This document shows, one piece after another, positions 11,182 to 23,343 of a stretch of 42,857 nucleotides of DNA. The translations under genes were made by a program, and so were the position numbers. Position 1 is the stretch's first letter, and each line of letters opens with the position of its first letter. This stretch comes from Neovahlkampfia damariscottae (Eukaryota), in contig JABLTG010000165.1 of assembly GCA_016618085.1 (NCBI GenBank), positions 1 to 42,857 on the forward strand, read 5' to 3'. Under the pieces are notes generated by a model. That model did not search any database and was not told the origin of the DNA. It was given only the letters and a program-made list of their open reading frames with translations.

Positions 11182-11324
11182 ATTCCTTTTAACACAACTT
11201 AAACGGTTTTAACAGAAAAAAAATATCTTGAGTTTTAAGAAAATGATTGGTCAATTACTCCATTTAAATTTAATTGGTCTTTGTTTCTTTGTCCAATCAG
11301 ATTCATGAACAGAAAATAATATTA

Positions 11325-12034
11325 TTACAAATCCCAATCTTTATTTATTTTTTCATTATATTTATCAATATCTTTGATTAGTCCTGGATTCATTTCGATT
11401 GTCGTGTACAAATCTTTTGGTGTTATGACAAATTTGTCATTAAAATTTTCATTTGTTTGATAATGAATTGAACTATGTTCATAATTATTTGGATCTTGTT
11501 CATTTTTAATGGATTTAATTTCTGATTTCGGTTTTAATTCAATACAATTTGATAAAATATTCTTTAAATAATATTGTAAAGAATAAGATAAAATTTCGAT
11601 AGATTCAGAAGAAACATGTACTAATCCATTTTCATTTGCAATTTCCTCAACATTTGTTTCAATTTTTGATGTTAAAAGTTCTTTTTGAAAAGAAGATGTT
11701 TTGTAATTTAATTTTTTTTTGAATTTGTCTTTTTTTATTTTTTTTCTTTTTTTTTTTTTTTAAATATTTTTTTTAATTTTTACCTATCACTTGGATAACC
11801 ACTCCTTGATGTTAAAATTAATTCTTTGATGAATTTATTATGAATATCAACAATTTCAGGTGAAAATGTATGCTAAAAAAAAATGAGAAATTCTTTGTTT
11901 CAAACTCTCGTAGTCATATCCCATTCTTTCTTGGATATTTTACAATTGAGATATAGAACCAACTTTTCCCAATATATGTATCTTTCTGAGCCCAATTTTT
12001 CATCTAGTCTGTCTTTGGTTTGTCTTAGGTTCAT
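11325..12034 (-). CDS. TADA1: SAGA subunit Ada1/TADA1-like histone-fold protein, 3 exons
   Basis: Manual parse with introns 11873-11905 and 11746-11783: MNLRQTKDRLDEKLGSERYIYWEKLVLYLNCKISKKEWD..IHNKFIKELI (SAGA-Tad1 N-terminal pattern), then EEIANENGLVHVSSESIEILSYSLQYYLKNILSNCI..ITPKDLYTTIEMNP (histone fold). Absent from the ORF track. Confidence 0.75.
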
Positions 12035-12131
12035 GTTATAAAATGATTTAGATGATTGGACAAAAAAAAAAAAAAACGAAATAAATTTATGAATCCAGCA
12101 AAAAAAAATAACTTAGTTCAAATAATTAATT

Positions 12132-13143
12132 TTATTGCATGTTATTCATGATCCAATCAATACATAAATTCAAATCACCATTGCATGCAATCACAGCTTG
12201 TACGTTTAAATCTTCATTTGAAAAACCCATGTCTTTTAATTGTATCAAAACATTTCCAAATTGTTGTTTCGCTTCATCTTCTGTCAATTGAGTTTGTTGT
12301 TGTTGTTGCTGTTGTTGGCCCAAATTCATTCCACCAAACATTGAACTAAAATCTTGTTGTTGATTTCCTTGTCCTTGTCCTTGACCCATTAATCCTTGCA
12401 TTTGCATGACTGATTGAAGAAATTCAGGTGATGACAACATTTGTCTCAATTGAGGATTAGATTGAGAAAGTTGTGCAAGTTCTGGATTACTTTGAATAAG
12501 CATATCCACAAAACCTGGATCTTGCATCATTTGAAGCATCATTTGTTGATACATTGGATTTGATAACATTTGATTCACATCTGGAGTTGTTGGCGATTGA
12601 ACATTGTCCCAAACATTTGTTCCAGAGTTTGTATCAGGTGAATCATAGAGTCCAAAATTTTGTTGAGTGTTTTGTTGTTGGGTATTTTGTTGTTGGGTAT
12701 TTTGAAAGTTTTGGAAGTTTTGAAACAATTGCTGTTGCTGTTGTTGTTGTTGTTGAGTATTTGTTTGTTGGGTAGTTGGTTGAGTTGTTGTTGTTGTTGG
12801 TTGAACTTTTGGTTGTTCAGTTGTTTCAGTTTTTGGTTTTTTTTTTGTATCAGTCTTAGAAAAAAAAAAATTAGTTGGATTTTTGTATTCACTTTTTTTC
12901 CTAATACAACAATAAAATTTGTATCTGTTAATTTAAGAGATTCTAAAGTTTGGTCATCTTTTAAAACGCTTCCATTGAAAACAAGTTTCAAACCATCTGG
13001 ATTGTATTTTTCAGTTTCTGTTAAGCTTTTTTTTACTTCAGCCACCTAACCAAATTAAATAAATATGTTTGATTTACATTCAAAGAAGCTTCAAGATTGA
13101 GTTCAAATGCTTTTCCTGCTAATGTTTTGAAAGTGATTTTCAT
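12132..13143 (-). CDS. UBL-STI1-UBA proteasome shuttle factor (Rad23/Dsk2-ubiquilin family), 3 exons
   Basis: MKITFKTLAGKAFEL..LKLVFNGSVLKDDQTL is a UBL. M/Q/NP-rich STI1 repeats follow, then a C-terminal UBA (QLKDMGFSNEDLNVQAVIACNGDLNLCIDWI). Introns near 13047-13078 and 12856-12892. Confidence 0.88.
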
Positions 13144-13307
13144 GATTATGATTGGTTCGCTTTCCCAACGAATCTAAATTTAAATAAAATTCCGAAAAAA
13201 TTCCGTTTTTCTTTTTTTCGAATTATAATTCAATCAATTCCAACAAAAGTAAAATACAAGAATATTTCAACCAATAATAGTATTTTTAAGTTCAATCAAA
13301 ATAATCG
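13144..13307. promoter_or_regulatory. Putative bidirectional promoter between the UBL-UBA and rhomboid genes
   Basis: 164-nt gap between divergent ATGs, with GATTGG at 13150-13155, CCAAT at 13271-13275, TTCCGTT at 13201 and TTCGAA at 13217. Confidence 0.6.
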
Positions 13308-14575
13308 ATGAACGTTCATGGACATAACGAAGAATTAGATAATGATGAAACATCAAAACCTTTTCCACAAGCCTGGACGGGAAGTGGAAGAGTTTTAGGT
13401 TCTGGTGAGAGAGTTGAAGGTATGAAATATTATTTTTGAAAAAAAAAGGAGCTGCTCCGACAATGGTAAATTTACCTGCTGAGAATAATACACCTTCATT
13501 TCAACCACAAAATTTAATGGCATCAACTACTCAAGGGTTTTGGTCAAATAATTTAGAAGAACAACAACCAAAATGGTATCATTATTTATTGATGATGGTA
13601 ATACTTCAACATTTCATTAAAAGATAGACATGTCCTTGTTTTGTTGGTAATCCTTGTTCTTCAGTGAGAAAAAGAGATTATCTACGATTGGTATTTGAAT
13701 ATTTTAAATATTTTAAATATTTTAGTTTACAACATTCATTTTTTGGGTTTCAATAATTCAAGTATTGATTTAATTATCACTTCTAATGATATATTACTTT
13801 TAGATTTTATATTTTATTGTTGAAATTATAGTTGAACCTGGATTTGCACCTTATTCACAAAATTCAATGATAGGTCCTTCAGGTGGAACATTAATTAAAT
13901 TAGGTGCTAAATTTGGACCATTGATTAGATATAAATATCAAATTTATAGACTATTTTTACCAATTTTAATGCATGGTAAATATTAACACTTATTTAATTT
14001 TACAAAGGTGGAATATTTCATATTGTTTTTAATTTACTTGTACAATTAACTTTAGGATTATCATTTGAAAAACAATGGAGAATTGAACATGAAAATAAGA
14101 TTATTGGTGATGCAATTGGGACAATTAAAATGATTATAATTTATATTTTATCTGGATTAGGATCATCTATGTTAAGTTGTGTTTTACTTTATAATACAAT
14201 ATCAGTTGGTGCATCTGGTAGTATTTGTGGTGTATTTGGTGCTAAATTATCGTATTTCTTTTTTTTTTTTCTTCTTTTAACATATTTTAAAGACATATTA
14301 TATCAAGATGGACAAAAACACCATTTCAAATAAAAGTATCAGAATTAATTTCAATTGGAATGATATTAATGATGACATTTTTATTTTCATTTTCTGGTAA
14401 TGTTGATTTTGCAGGTCATTTAGGTGGATTTATTGTTGGTGTAATGATTGGATTTATTTTATTTTCAAATGAATGGGAAACAAAACAAGTTAAAATTATT
14501 ATTGGAATTATTTTTTCAATTTTATTAATTTTTTATTTTTTTATTTGTACACTTATTTTATTAGTTGTATATTAA
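13308..14575 (+). CDS. Rhomboid intramembrane serine protease, at least 7 exons; possible extra terminal exon 14593-14637
   Basis: Spliced protein has GPSGGTLIKLGAKF, QFYRLFLPILMHGGIFHIVFN, YILSGLGS, catalytic VGASG and AGHLGG, and several TM segments. Confidence 0.9.
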
Positions 14576-14654
14576 TAATATTGGATTATCAGTCTAAAAA
14601 GGGAGGGTGGTGTGAAGATATTTGGTTACATCTTTAATCTCAACAAAAAAGTAT

Positions 14655-15793
14655 TTATTTTGTAAATAAATTTGTAACAGATTCAAATATTTTTGATAAT
14701 TGTTCTTTATCAGTTGCACATGTACCAAATACATGAATTTTTTTATCAATATTTCTACATCTTCCAGTATATTTTTTTGAAATGAATTCAAATGATTTTT
14801 GATAATCACTTCCATTTTCATAATCTTTAAATGCAATACTTAAATCATTCTTTTTTAATTTTTCTTGAAATATATCAGTTTTATTTAAAAATAAAACAAT
14901 AGGAGTATCAACAAACCATCTTGAATTAACAATTTCATCAAATAATAAAAGTGATTCTTTCATTCTATTTGTTTCATCATCTTCATAACATTTTTGATCA
15001 TATTCACTTAATGATGTTAAAAATATAATACCTGTAACTCCTTCAAAACAATGAATCCATTTCTTTCTTTCATTTCTTTGTCCACCAACATCTGTAAATT
15101 TTAATACTTTATCATTTATTTTAAATGACATTTCAGATATTCCTGTAGTTTTAACACGATTTCTAACAATATCTTGTTCTGTTGGTATATAATCTTTTTC
15201 ACTAATTCTTTTTATATTATCCATATAACTTTTTTAAAAATATATTTAATATTCTTTTATAACTTTACTAATCAGTATTATCTTCAAGTTGAAATTCATT
15301 TCTTCTTTCAAATGTTTTTTGAATTCCTTCATCATCCCATAATTCTTTTACTGCTTCTCCTATTTTTGTATTCCAAATTTTATCACTTGATAATAAATCT
15401 TCATCTTTTATTTCTTTAATCATTGCTGCTTTTTCCTTTTTCCATTTTTATTAAAAAAATAATTTAAATTACTCTATTATCAGGATTTACAATTGCTATT
15501 TCTAATTTTAAACTTGCTTCAATCAAAGCTTTCATTGCTTTAATTATATTTCCGTATATTGATCCTCTAAATTCAACACATTCTTGTTCAGTAAATCCAT
15601 TCAAATAAGCTATTTTTATTTGTTTGAATATAGTACTCTTTCCACTTTGACCAGCTCCCTTTTTATTTTTAATTTTTTTTTTTTTTTTTCAAACTAAAAG
15701 TAACACTGATAACTCATTTTTTTTTGATTTAATATCCTGATTAATTTGATTATTAACCTTTGATTCATTATCTGAAGCTTTAAAACAAGACAT
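14655..15793 (-). CDS. Heterotrimeric G protein alpha subunit, at least 4 exons; alternative end at 14594 if 14639-14678 is an intron
   Basis: LLLGAGQSGKST, RVKTTGI, DVGGQRNERKKW, FLNKTD and TCATD motifs. ATG at 15793 (MSCFK). Confidence 0.95.
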
Positions 15794-15920
15794 TGTGTGA
15801 CAAGAAAAAACGAGATTGTCTGTTTTTTTTTTACGTTAAAAATTAACCAATAAAAATGTAACGGAATAAACAACCAATAAAAACAAAGAAAAAGAGAAAA
15901 TTCAAAAAAATCGATATTTT

Positions 15921-17479
15921 TTAATTTAATAAAATTGGATTTTTTACAATAGCATTATATAATACTGTATCATTTGAAAAATCCTTTAAAATTAATTGAA
16001 ATGGTCTATTAATTTTCATTTCAAATGATTTTTCATCATCATCATCATTGTCACCATAAAAATTATTTGAATCAACATTTGAATAAGATTTTGAATTAAA
16101 ATCCGAACCTTCTTCTGATATTTCTAAATAAGAATTTAAAATTAAATTAAATTCATCTAAATCATTAATTTTAAAATAATTCTTCAAAATTTCATTCAAA
16201 TTTTGAAATGAAGAATACAACTTAAATTTTGGTAAAATTAATTTACCAATTCTTTTATTAAAATTAATTTGATTTAAATTATTCAAATCAAATAATTCAA
16301 AATTAAATTGTTGATTAGATTGTTTATTTAAAATTAAAATTAAATTTAAATTTGATTTTTCTTTTGTACCATATTCTAATGAAATGAATGTTGATTGGTC
16401 ATTTTCAAAATAATTAAATGTACCAATTTGTTCCATAAAATATATTTTCTTTTTATTTTCTAAATTTAAATAAAAATCAGAATAAATTGTTCTTTTTGAA
16501 TCAAATCTAAATTTAAAAATACCTTTAAAATAATTGGTATTTGAAATTAAATTAAATTTCTTTTTTTTTAAATTTAAAGATGTAATTAAACCTTCTGATT
16601 TATCATCAATCCATTCATTTAAATCATTAATATTTTTAATATTTTCATTTAAATTTTCACAAAATAAATAATTTTTTAAATCCTTTTCATTTAATGAATA
16701 ATGATCAATTGTATTCAGATTAAAAAATGAAATAAAATTTAAAGTTAAATAATTTTGTAATTTTAATTCTTTTTTTAATGTTGTTAAATATTTTTTAAAT
16801 AAATGATTAATTCTTTTTAAAATTGAATCATCATCTAAATTATTTTCTATTTTTAAATTAAATAATTTCTCAAATATTTCAATCTTTTTTTCTTTTTTTG
16901 AAATTAAATTAATTAAAATAGAAATTAAATTTAAAATATTTAAAGGTGAAATAATTATATTTTTATCTTCTTCTTCTTCTTCTTGTTTTATTATTTTTAT
17001 TAATTCATTTCCAATAAAATTAATTGAAAATATTAAATGAATAGATTTCATTTCATTAGTACTTTTTAATATTATTTGTTTTGAAAAATTAGAAATTTGG
17101 ATGACTTTTTTTTTTTTTTTTTTTTCTTCTTCTTCATCTTGTTTAAAAAAATCATCATTTAAAATTATCTTTTCTTTCTTTTCAAATTTTGAAATATCAT
17201 CAATATTGAAATCTTTTTTAACTATTTCTTTATTTTTTGTACCAAAGAAATCATCATCATCATCATCATCTTCTTCTTCTTCAACAATATCTTGGTTTGA
17301 TTTTGAATTTTGTTTTTGTACTGACTTTTCTTCTTTAATAGGGTTTGTACTGTTTGATGAACTACCAAAGAAATCATCAAGTAATGATTTTGAATTTTGT
17401 TTTGTTTTTTGTTTTTGTTTTTTTGGTGTAACAACATCAATTGGAGGTGTATTTGTTGCATTTGAATTACCTCTAGATC

Positions 17480-17517
<38 letters not shown>

Positions 17518-18079
17518 GGTGGTGGTGGTGATGAGTTAATAATAGTATTATTTCTTGGTGAAGAGATACTTGAATTACTTCTTGAACGATTTGATGTTGT
17601 CATTTGATCAGAATAATATATTTCAATGAAACTATGTTTTGGATGTTCTTTTAAATGATTTAATATTTCACTGTTATAACAATAATGACATAAATTAAAA
17701 TGATCACATTGTTGACAATTAAAACGTACTCCAATAAGTGGTTTATTTTTACATCCATTACATTGAATATTTGTATGTTGATTCCATACAGTTTCTTTAA
17801 TGTTTAAAATATAAAATTCTGAATTTGGAAAAATTTTTGAAATAGTTTCTTCAGAAATACTATGATATTTATTACTTGAGATATCAAAAATTGATAAAAT
17901 TTGAATATAAGGTGATACTAAATAAATTTCAGGAAATAAACATCGAATTTGCTTGAAAAATAAAATTAATAATATGGCAATAATTCTACTTGATAAAAAA
18001 TGGTTGCTGATTCTTTTTTGGAAAATGATAACTTTCTGCGAATACCTTCACAGTTTAAAATAATTTCAGTTTCCTTCAT
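15921..18079 (-). CDS. ZZ zinc finger-serpin fusion protein with a possible N-terminal PB1-like domain, 2 exons
   Basis: ATG 18079, intron 17952-17989, then one open frame into track ORF 15921..17603. ZZ: HTNIQCNGCKNKPLIGVRFNCQQCDHFNLCHYCY..H..HSF. Serpin: NIIISPLNI, LNEWIDDKSEG, NYFKGIFKFRF, LPKFKL, EEGS, INRPFQLILKD..VLYNAIVKNP. Confidence 0.85.
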
Positions 18080-18264
18080 TGATGGGAGAAGCAAGAAGGA
18101 AGTTGATATTTATCTGATTGGATAAAATGAAAAAGATTTTTTATTTCCTTCAAAAATAACTATTTTAATGATCATGTTCAAATATTTTTATGTTGTGTGA
18201 AGTGTTGCAAGTTTTTAAAATTATTGGATAAATCTTGGACCAATGAAAAGAGAATTCGAAAGTA
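18080..18264. promoter_or_regulatory. Putative bidirectional promoter between the ZZ-serpin and importin-9 genes
   Basis: 185-nt gap with GATTGG 18116-18121, ATTGG 18223-18227, CCAAT 18240-18244 and TTCGAA 18255-18260. Confidence 0.6.
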
Positions 18265-21200
18265 ATGGACATAAAACAATTCATATCAATTTTGAATTCT
18301 GCTCTTTCACCAGATTCAACAATCATTAAGAAGTCAGAAGCTATGATTGAAGAAATGTCAAACTCATCTGGTTTTTATATATATTTAGCTCAAATTTTAT
18401 TAAATTCTGAGTTTGATTTATATTTACGTCAATTAAGTGGAGTTATTTTAAAGAAATATATTAAAACAAAATGGAATGAAACATTTAATCAAAAACCAAT
18501 AATTTCAGATAAAGATAAATCAATTTTAAGAGAGAACTTACCAAGAGGATTAGTTGATAAATCAACAAAAATAATGACTACAGTTGTAATATTTATATAA
18601 AATTAATAATATATTTTAAATAGAGTTTAGTAATATCTGAAATATCATCATTTGATTTTCCAGAGAATTGGCCAAATTTATGTAATGAATAATATTTATT
18701 ATTAAATAATAATTAGTATCTGGATTACTTGATTTATTTACAAAAAGTGAACCAAATAGTGTAGCAGCATATGGTAGTATAAAATGTTTAAGTTTAGTTG
18801 CAGAACATTTTAATGATACACAAATATCAATTGTATTTCCACAATTAGTACCATTTATGAATAAAATTAATAAAAATATGAATGTAAGAGAAATTAATAT
18901 GAGTAATCATTATCATTTAAATAGTATCCATCTAATATAAGAGAAAAAGGATTAATTGTTAATTATTGGTTATATCAATTATTATTATTAAAATTTGATG
19001 ATGAAAAAGAAATTTGTTTAAAATTATTAAATTTAGTATTACCTGAAAGTATGGAAATATTATTAATGATAATTAAAACATCATCTGAAAAAACATCAAG
19101 AGGATTAAAAAAAGAATCATTTAAAATATTAGAAGTATTAGTTAAAAATATACCAAAAGAAATAAAAAAATATTCAAAAGAAATATTAACATGTGTATTT
19201 GAATCAATGATTGAAGAATATAAATTATATTATCAATATAATATAATTGAATCAAAAGAAGAAGAAGATAATTTTGATGAAGAATTAGGAGAATCATTAA
19301 AATTAAATAATTTAATAATACAACAATTAGAATTAATTGCAACTATTATTGGTACATCTATATTTAAATCATTAATTCAACCAAATTGTGAAAGAATTAT
19401 ACAAATATCAATATTATATTCACAATTTACAAAAGAAGAAGAAGAAATATGGGAAGATGATCCAAATACATTTATATCACAAAATGATGAAGAATCATTA
19501 GCATTAACAGTTAGATTATTATCACAAGAAATTATTCAAGAAATTATTGAAATATATGATGGTTCATATCAATTTGTATTTAAACATTTAATATCAAATT
19601 TTAAAGAATGTGAAGAAAAAAAAAAAAAAAAAGAAAAAGATTGGTGGAAATTAAGAGAATGTTCTTTATTTTGTTTAGGTTCTATTTCAAAAGTTATATC
19701 CAATAATATTAATATTGAAGGTTTAATTAAAATTATTATTGAAAAAGATTTATCAAATGATCAATCAAATGATTATTTAAAATCAACTTGTATTTGGTTT
19801 TTAAGTAAATTTATTGAAAATCAAAATCAAAATTTAAAAGAAATTTATTTAAAAATATCAACCATTTATTTAGATGAAAAATATTCAATTCCAATTAGAA
19901 TTAATTCTTGTAGATGTTTATCAAGAGTATTTTCAAAAATACCATCAAATATTATTGAACCATTCTTATTTAAAATATTTAATGGTATTTCAAAATTATT
20001 TGATATTACAAATGAAGATACTATTCATATTATTATTGAATCTTTAGATATTTTAATTTCAAAACATCCAAATTCATTAAAATATTCAAATAATAATTTC
20101 TTAATCAATTTATTAAAAACATTACAATTATATTCAAAAGATCAATTAATTAAAATTGATATTTTATATGTTTTTGAATCTATTGTTCATATTGGGTCTA
20201 ATAAATCTGGATCATCCAAGTCAAGTGGGTCTGGGTCAGGATCAATCAATGAAATTGAATCTATTGGATTAGAAATTATTAATCCAAATTTATTTAAAGA
20301 ATTAATTGAAAGTATTATACCATTAATTACTAAAGTGATTCAATTTCATGAACAACAAGAATTAACATTAATTGATTCTTGTATAGAATTATTAGGAATT
20401 ATAATTGATGGATTTGGTCAAAAAAGATTAAATTATATTTTAGATATTTTAAAAATATCATTTATTCCATTATTAAATTTATTAAAATATACACAAGAAG
20501 ATAATTTATTACAATCTGGTACAGAAACATTAAGAGCAATTATTCATGTATCTTATGAAATATTACCAAAATTAAATTTTAATAATTCCAATGCATTACA
20601 ATTAATTTTAGAATTCATTTCAAAAATGTTATCTACATCATCAGATTCTGCATGTGTTTATTTATCTTCTTTAGTTATTGAATTAATTAAAAAATTTAAT
20701 ACTATTTTAAAAGATATATTACCAAATATATTAAGAGTTATATTAGAAAGATTATATAAATCAAAAAACATAACATTAAATAGAGTAAGAATTTATAAAT
20801 AATTTTAATTTTAGACATTTATTATTTTATTTTCTACACTTATCATTTCAGATACAAATAATTCATTATCTTTTTTATCAAACTTTAAAATCAATCAAAT
20901 ATCATCATTAGAAATATTATGTAAAAATTGGATACAATTACATGGAATGATGATTACAAATTATCATTTAAAAATTAGTTCAATTGCATTCATTAAATTA
21001 ATTTTATCCAATGATTCAAATTTATCTTTCAATATTGAAATTGAAAGAATTATACAAAAGAATCAATCAAAAAGAATTACAAGAAGTAATAGTAAGTGAA
21101 TGAATAATACATTAAATTTTAAGCTCAAAAAATAATTGAAAAAGTACCATTTGTTGTTAAAATATTTCAATTATTAGTTTCAACACTTTTAAGAATTATT

Positions 21201-21566
21201 GAAGATTCAAAAAATAAAATATCATTTTATTCAAATGATGGTAATGATGATGATGATGATGATGATGAATATGAATCAGATGATGATCAATTTGAATTTA
21301 ATAATGGTGTTGGTGGTGGTGTTAGTGATTTTAAATTTGATGATGAATTAAGATCAATATTTCAAGAAGCAGAAGATTCAGATGAAGATGAAGATGGATT
21401 TACCGATCCTTATGCTAAAGATGATGAAATATATCATTTAGATTTACAAACATCATTAAAAGATGGTATTATTGAAATATTTCAAAAACAAAAATCATTA
21501 GTTGAATTATCATTAACTATTTTGAATGAAAAAGAAAAGAAATTATTACAAGATATTTTAAAATAA
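18265..21566 (+). CDS. IPO9: Importin-9-like karyopherin beta, about 6 exons
   Basis: IBN_N region (LRQLSGVILKKYIKTKW), DFPENWPNL, WEDDPNTFI, WWKLRE, RITRS and C-terminal DPYAKDDEIYHLDLQ, resembling importin-9/Kap114. Confidence 0.85.
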
Positions 21567-21570
21567 AAGA

Positions 21571-22412
21571 TTAAATAAATTTATTTTTTCTAATAATATT
21601 ATCAATTTGATTGAAATTTGAATTTGATATTTGATAAAATAAATGTAAATCAGATTTAGGTATTTTATTTAATCTTTTTGTTAATTCAATATGAATTAAT
21701 CTTTAAAGAATTTAAATGAATGATATATTACTGAAATATTTTAGCTGTTATTTGAACATCACTTAATGCTCGATGAAATGTTTTAGAATTCAAATTAAAA
21801 AATTTTGAAAGATTTTCTAAAGAATATGATTTCAATCCTGGAAATAATCTTTTACATAATTTTAATGTGCATAAAATAAATGATGATTGATTTAATATAA
21901 TTGAATCATTATTCATTGTCTGATTAGTTTTAATTTCTATTGAAGTATTATTCTCTTGAGTTGTTTGTTTGAAACAATTTGAAAGTGGTATACCATATCT
22001 ATAAAAATAAGTCACTATTAAAAATATTAAACCTATTCATTTCATTTATTATCATTGTACTATCAAATGTTGCATTGTGTGCTAAAAAATTATTATTTCC
22101 AAGAAATTGAGAGAATTGAAATAATACTTCTCTTGATTTTGGTGCTTTGTCAATCATATTTTGTGTTATTTTTGTAATATTAGTAATATTATCAGATATT
22201 TCAATAGATGGATTGACTAAACTTGAAAACATTCCAACTTGAATTCCATCAACTATTTTTAAACCAGCAATTTCAATAATACGATCATTTTGTGGTGATA
22301 ATCCTGTTGTTTCAACATCAACAACAACAATATTATATTTTGGTTGATAATTTACTTCAGTTGTGTATCTTCTTTTTTTTGTCTTGAATAAATTATTCAG
22401 CGCTTTCTTCAT
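21571..22412 (-). CDS. DEDDh 3'-5' exonuclease, DNA polymerase III epsilon (DnaQ)-like, possibly mitochondrial, 3 exons
   Basis: ExoI DVETTGL..DRIIEIA, ExoII AHNATFD and ExoIII HRALSDV. Introns 21999-22032 and 21701-21731. Basic N-terminal leader. Confidence 0.88.
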
Positions 22413-22579
22413 CAAATTTTCCCACCTAAAAAACTGTTTATCCAATCAAACACAAGAAAAATTAAAGAGTTTTTTTCAATTTTATTTCTTGGGTTTTTTT
22501 TTTTTTTTTACTTTTTAGAGAAAACAAAAATTAGTCGTTTGAACTTTTTTTCCTGTCCAATTGAATTCGGTTAAAATCA
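22413..22579. promoter_or_regulatory. Putative bidirectional promoter between the exonuclease and Rheb genes
   Basis: 167-nt gap with CCAATC 22442-22447, CCAAT 22557-22561 and a central poly(T) tract. Confidence 0.55.
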
Positions 22580-23343
22580 ATGAGCGAGAAACAAAGAAAA
22601 CTCGTTTTGGTCGGAGCGAGAGGTATCCTAAGAATATAAAATTATTTAAACTTATAGGTGTTGGAAAGTCATCTTTGGCAACAGTTTTTTCTGATTCTCG
22701 TTTTGACGAACAATACGTAAAAAAAAAAAAAATAAAATTTCAAAAAGGTACCAACAATTGAAAATTGCTATCAAAGAAAAATTAAAGTGAAGGTAAATTT
22801 GTTTTATTATTTATTTCTTTCAAAAACAAGGGATTGGAATTCCAAACTCAAATTGTGGATACAGCTGGTCAGGACCAATTTTCGATCTTTCAAACACAAT
22901 ATGCAGTTGGTATTGAAGGTTATGTTTTAGTTTACAGGTAATTCTTTTCATTTTTTTTTTTATTCTTTTTAAAGTATTACCAACAGAAGTTCTTTCGATT
23001 TGATTCCAACTTTAAATGATAAAATATTAAATATTACAGGAAATGATACAGTTCCACGTATTATTGTTGCAAATAAAAATGATTTAGATGATCAAAGGTA
23101 AAACCCAAAAATTATATAACTTTTTTTTTATTAGAAAAGTCAGTCAAGAAGATGGCATGAAACTTGCAAAAGAATTGAAATGTATTTTTGTTGAAACATC
23201 AGCTAAATCAAACACAAATGTTGAATCCATATTTTCAAAATTAATTGAAGAAATTGAAGGTTTGGAATCCATCTAATATTTCTAATATTTTATTTCAAGG
23301 TGGTATTGATGTTAAATCAAGTTCAGGTTGTTTATTATCATAA
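22580..23343 (+). CDS. RHEB: Rheb small GTPase, 7 exons
   Basis: Spliced GARGVGKSS (Rheb-type Arg in G1), YVPTIEN, DTAGQDQFSI, GIEGYVLVYS, NKND, ETSAK and CaaX box CLLS. Confidence 0.92.

Noticed and set aside
17101..17607. 168-aa plus-strand ORF and (GTT)n/(TCA)n tracts
   Set aside because: Antisense of the poly-Thr/Asp/Lys linker in the ZZ-serpin gene; ordinary coding microsatellites.
22413..22445. TTG start extending the exonuclease (likewise 5367 for the RRM gene and 27777 for myosin I)
   Set aside because: These TTG starts fall in or beside the CCAAT/ATTGG promoter motif; the downstream ATGs fit a eukaryotic gene.
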